From a virus (taxonomy: Duplodnaviria; Heunggongvirae; Uroviricota; Caudoviricetes), in IMG/VR virus record IMGVR_UViG_3300032893_000003, positions 14,633 to 78,632 of that record: a stretch of DNA of 64,000 nt. The stretch is one strand, 5' to 3'. This document shows, piece by piece, positions 63,772 to 64,000 of this stretch. How positions within the stretch are numbered: position 1 is the first letter of the stretch; every line of letters begins with the position of its first letter. The notes under the pieces were generated by a model. It was not told where the DNA came from, did no database searches, and was given only the letters and a program-made list of their open reading frames with translations. The position numbers were made by a program, and so were the translations under genes.

Positions 63772-64000
63772 TTACTTTACTTGAGCACTTAGCCAGGCGT
63801 CAACAAAGCCATTGCCCTGCTGTTCTTTTGTTAGTTTTATGTCGCGCGCCTTAAGCTGCGCTCCGCGGGATTTACTGATCGCAAGCACAGCCGCCACGTG
63901 GGGAGTGGCCATAGAAGTCCCATCCCATGTCGCAAACCCGCCCGGGATCGTTGATCTAACGGCAACCCCTGGAGCAGCATAGGCTATCTCCGGACCGAAA
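63772..64000 (-). CDS. Subtilisin-like S8 peptidase, C-terminal fragment (runs off the window)
   Basis: Manual translation: AAPGVAVRSTIPGGFATWDGTSMATPHVAA...GNGFVDA. Confidence 0.9.
   Translation of the reverse strand, partial: FGPEIAYAAPGVAVRSTIPGGFATWDGTSMATPHVAAVLAISKSRGAQLKARDIKLTKEQQGNGFVDAWLSAQVK

Noticed and set aside
1-64000. Genome-wide TAG recoding
   Set aside because: Long genes are intact under code 11 and several tightly packed genes end in TAG; the gaps checked contain TAA/TGA stops as well.

Overview
A 64-kb segment of a large contractile-tailed (myovirus-like) phage genome. Plus-strand blocks are late/structural: a 5'-truncated single-chain RNA polymerase beta-beta' fusion, baseplate spike, GpA-type terminase, prohead protease, scaffolds, major capsid, neck, tail sheath and tube. 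Minus-strand blocks are early/middle: SSB, family A DNA polymerase, nucleases, glycosyltransferases, MazG, TrmH, CoaD-like and peptidase genes, plus many small ORFs. The SSB looks deltaproteobacterial/Bdellovibrionota-like, which is only a weak host hint. Highlights: (1) a self-contained unit at 18719-20970 with a promoter, a lone Cas7-like RAMP gene, about 1.2 kb of degenerate (R/N)GY-NN pentamer repeats and a terminator, a candidate non-CRISPR RNA-guided system (VIPR-like); (2) about 13 unrelated late ORFs sharing the leader M-F-x-x-G-F-x-K-x-A, with K-x-A sites throughout head proteins, a candidate capsid-targeting and protease-processing code; (3) a tRNA-Cys-like tRNA with a CUA (amber) anticodon although TAG remains a stop here; (4) a repeated minus-strand promoter CAAAAA-N15-TATAAG, two copies of which precede short hairpin-terminated, ORF-less units. 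All family assignments come from motif recognition by eye; no database search was run.
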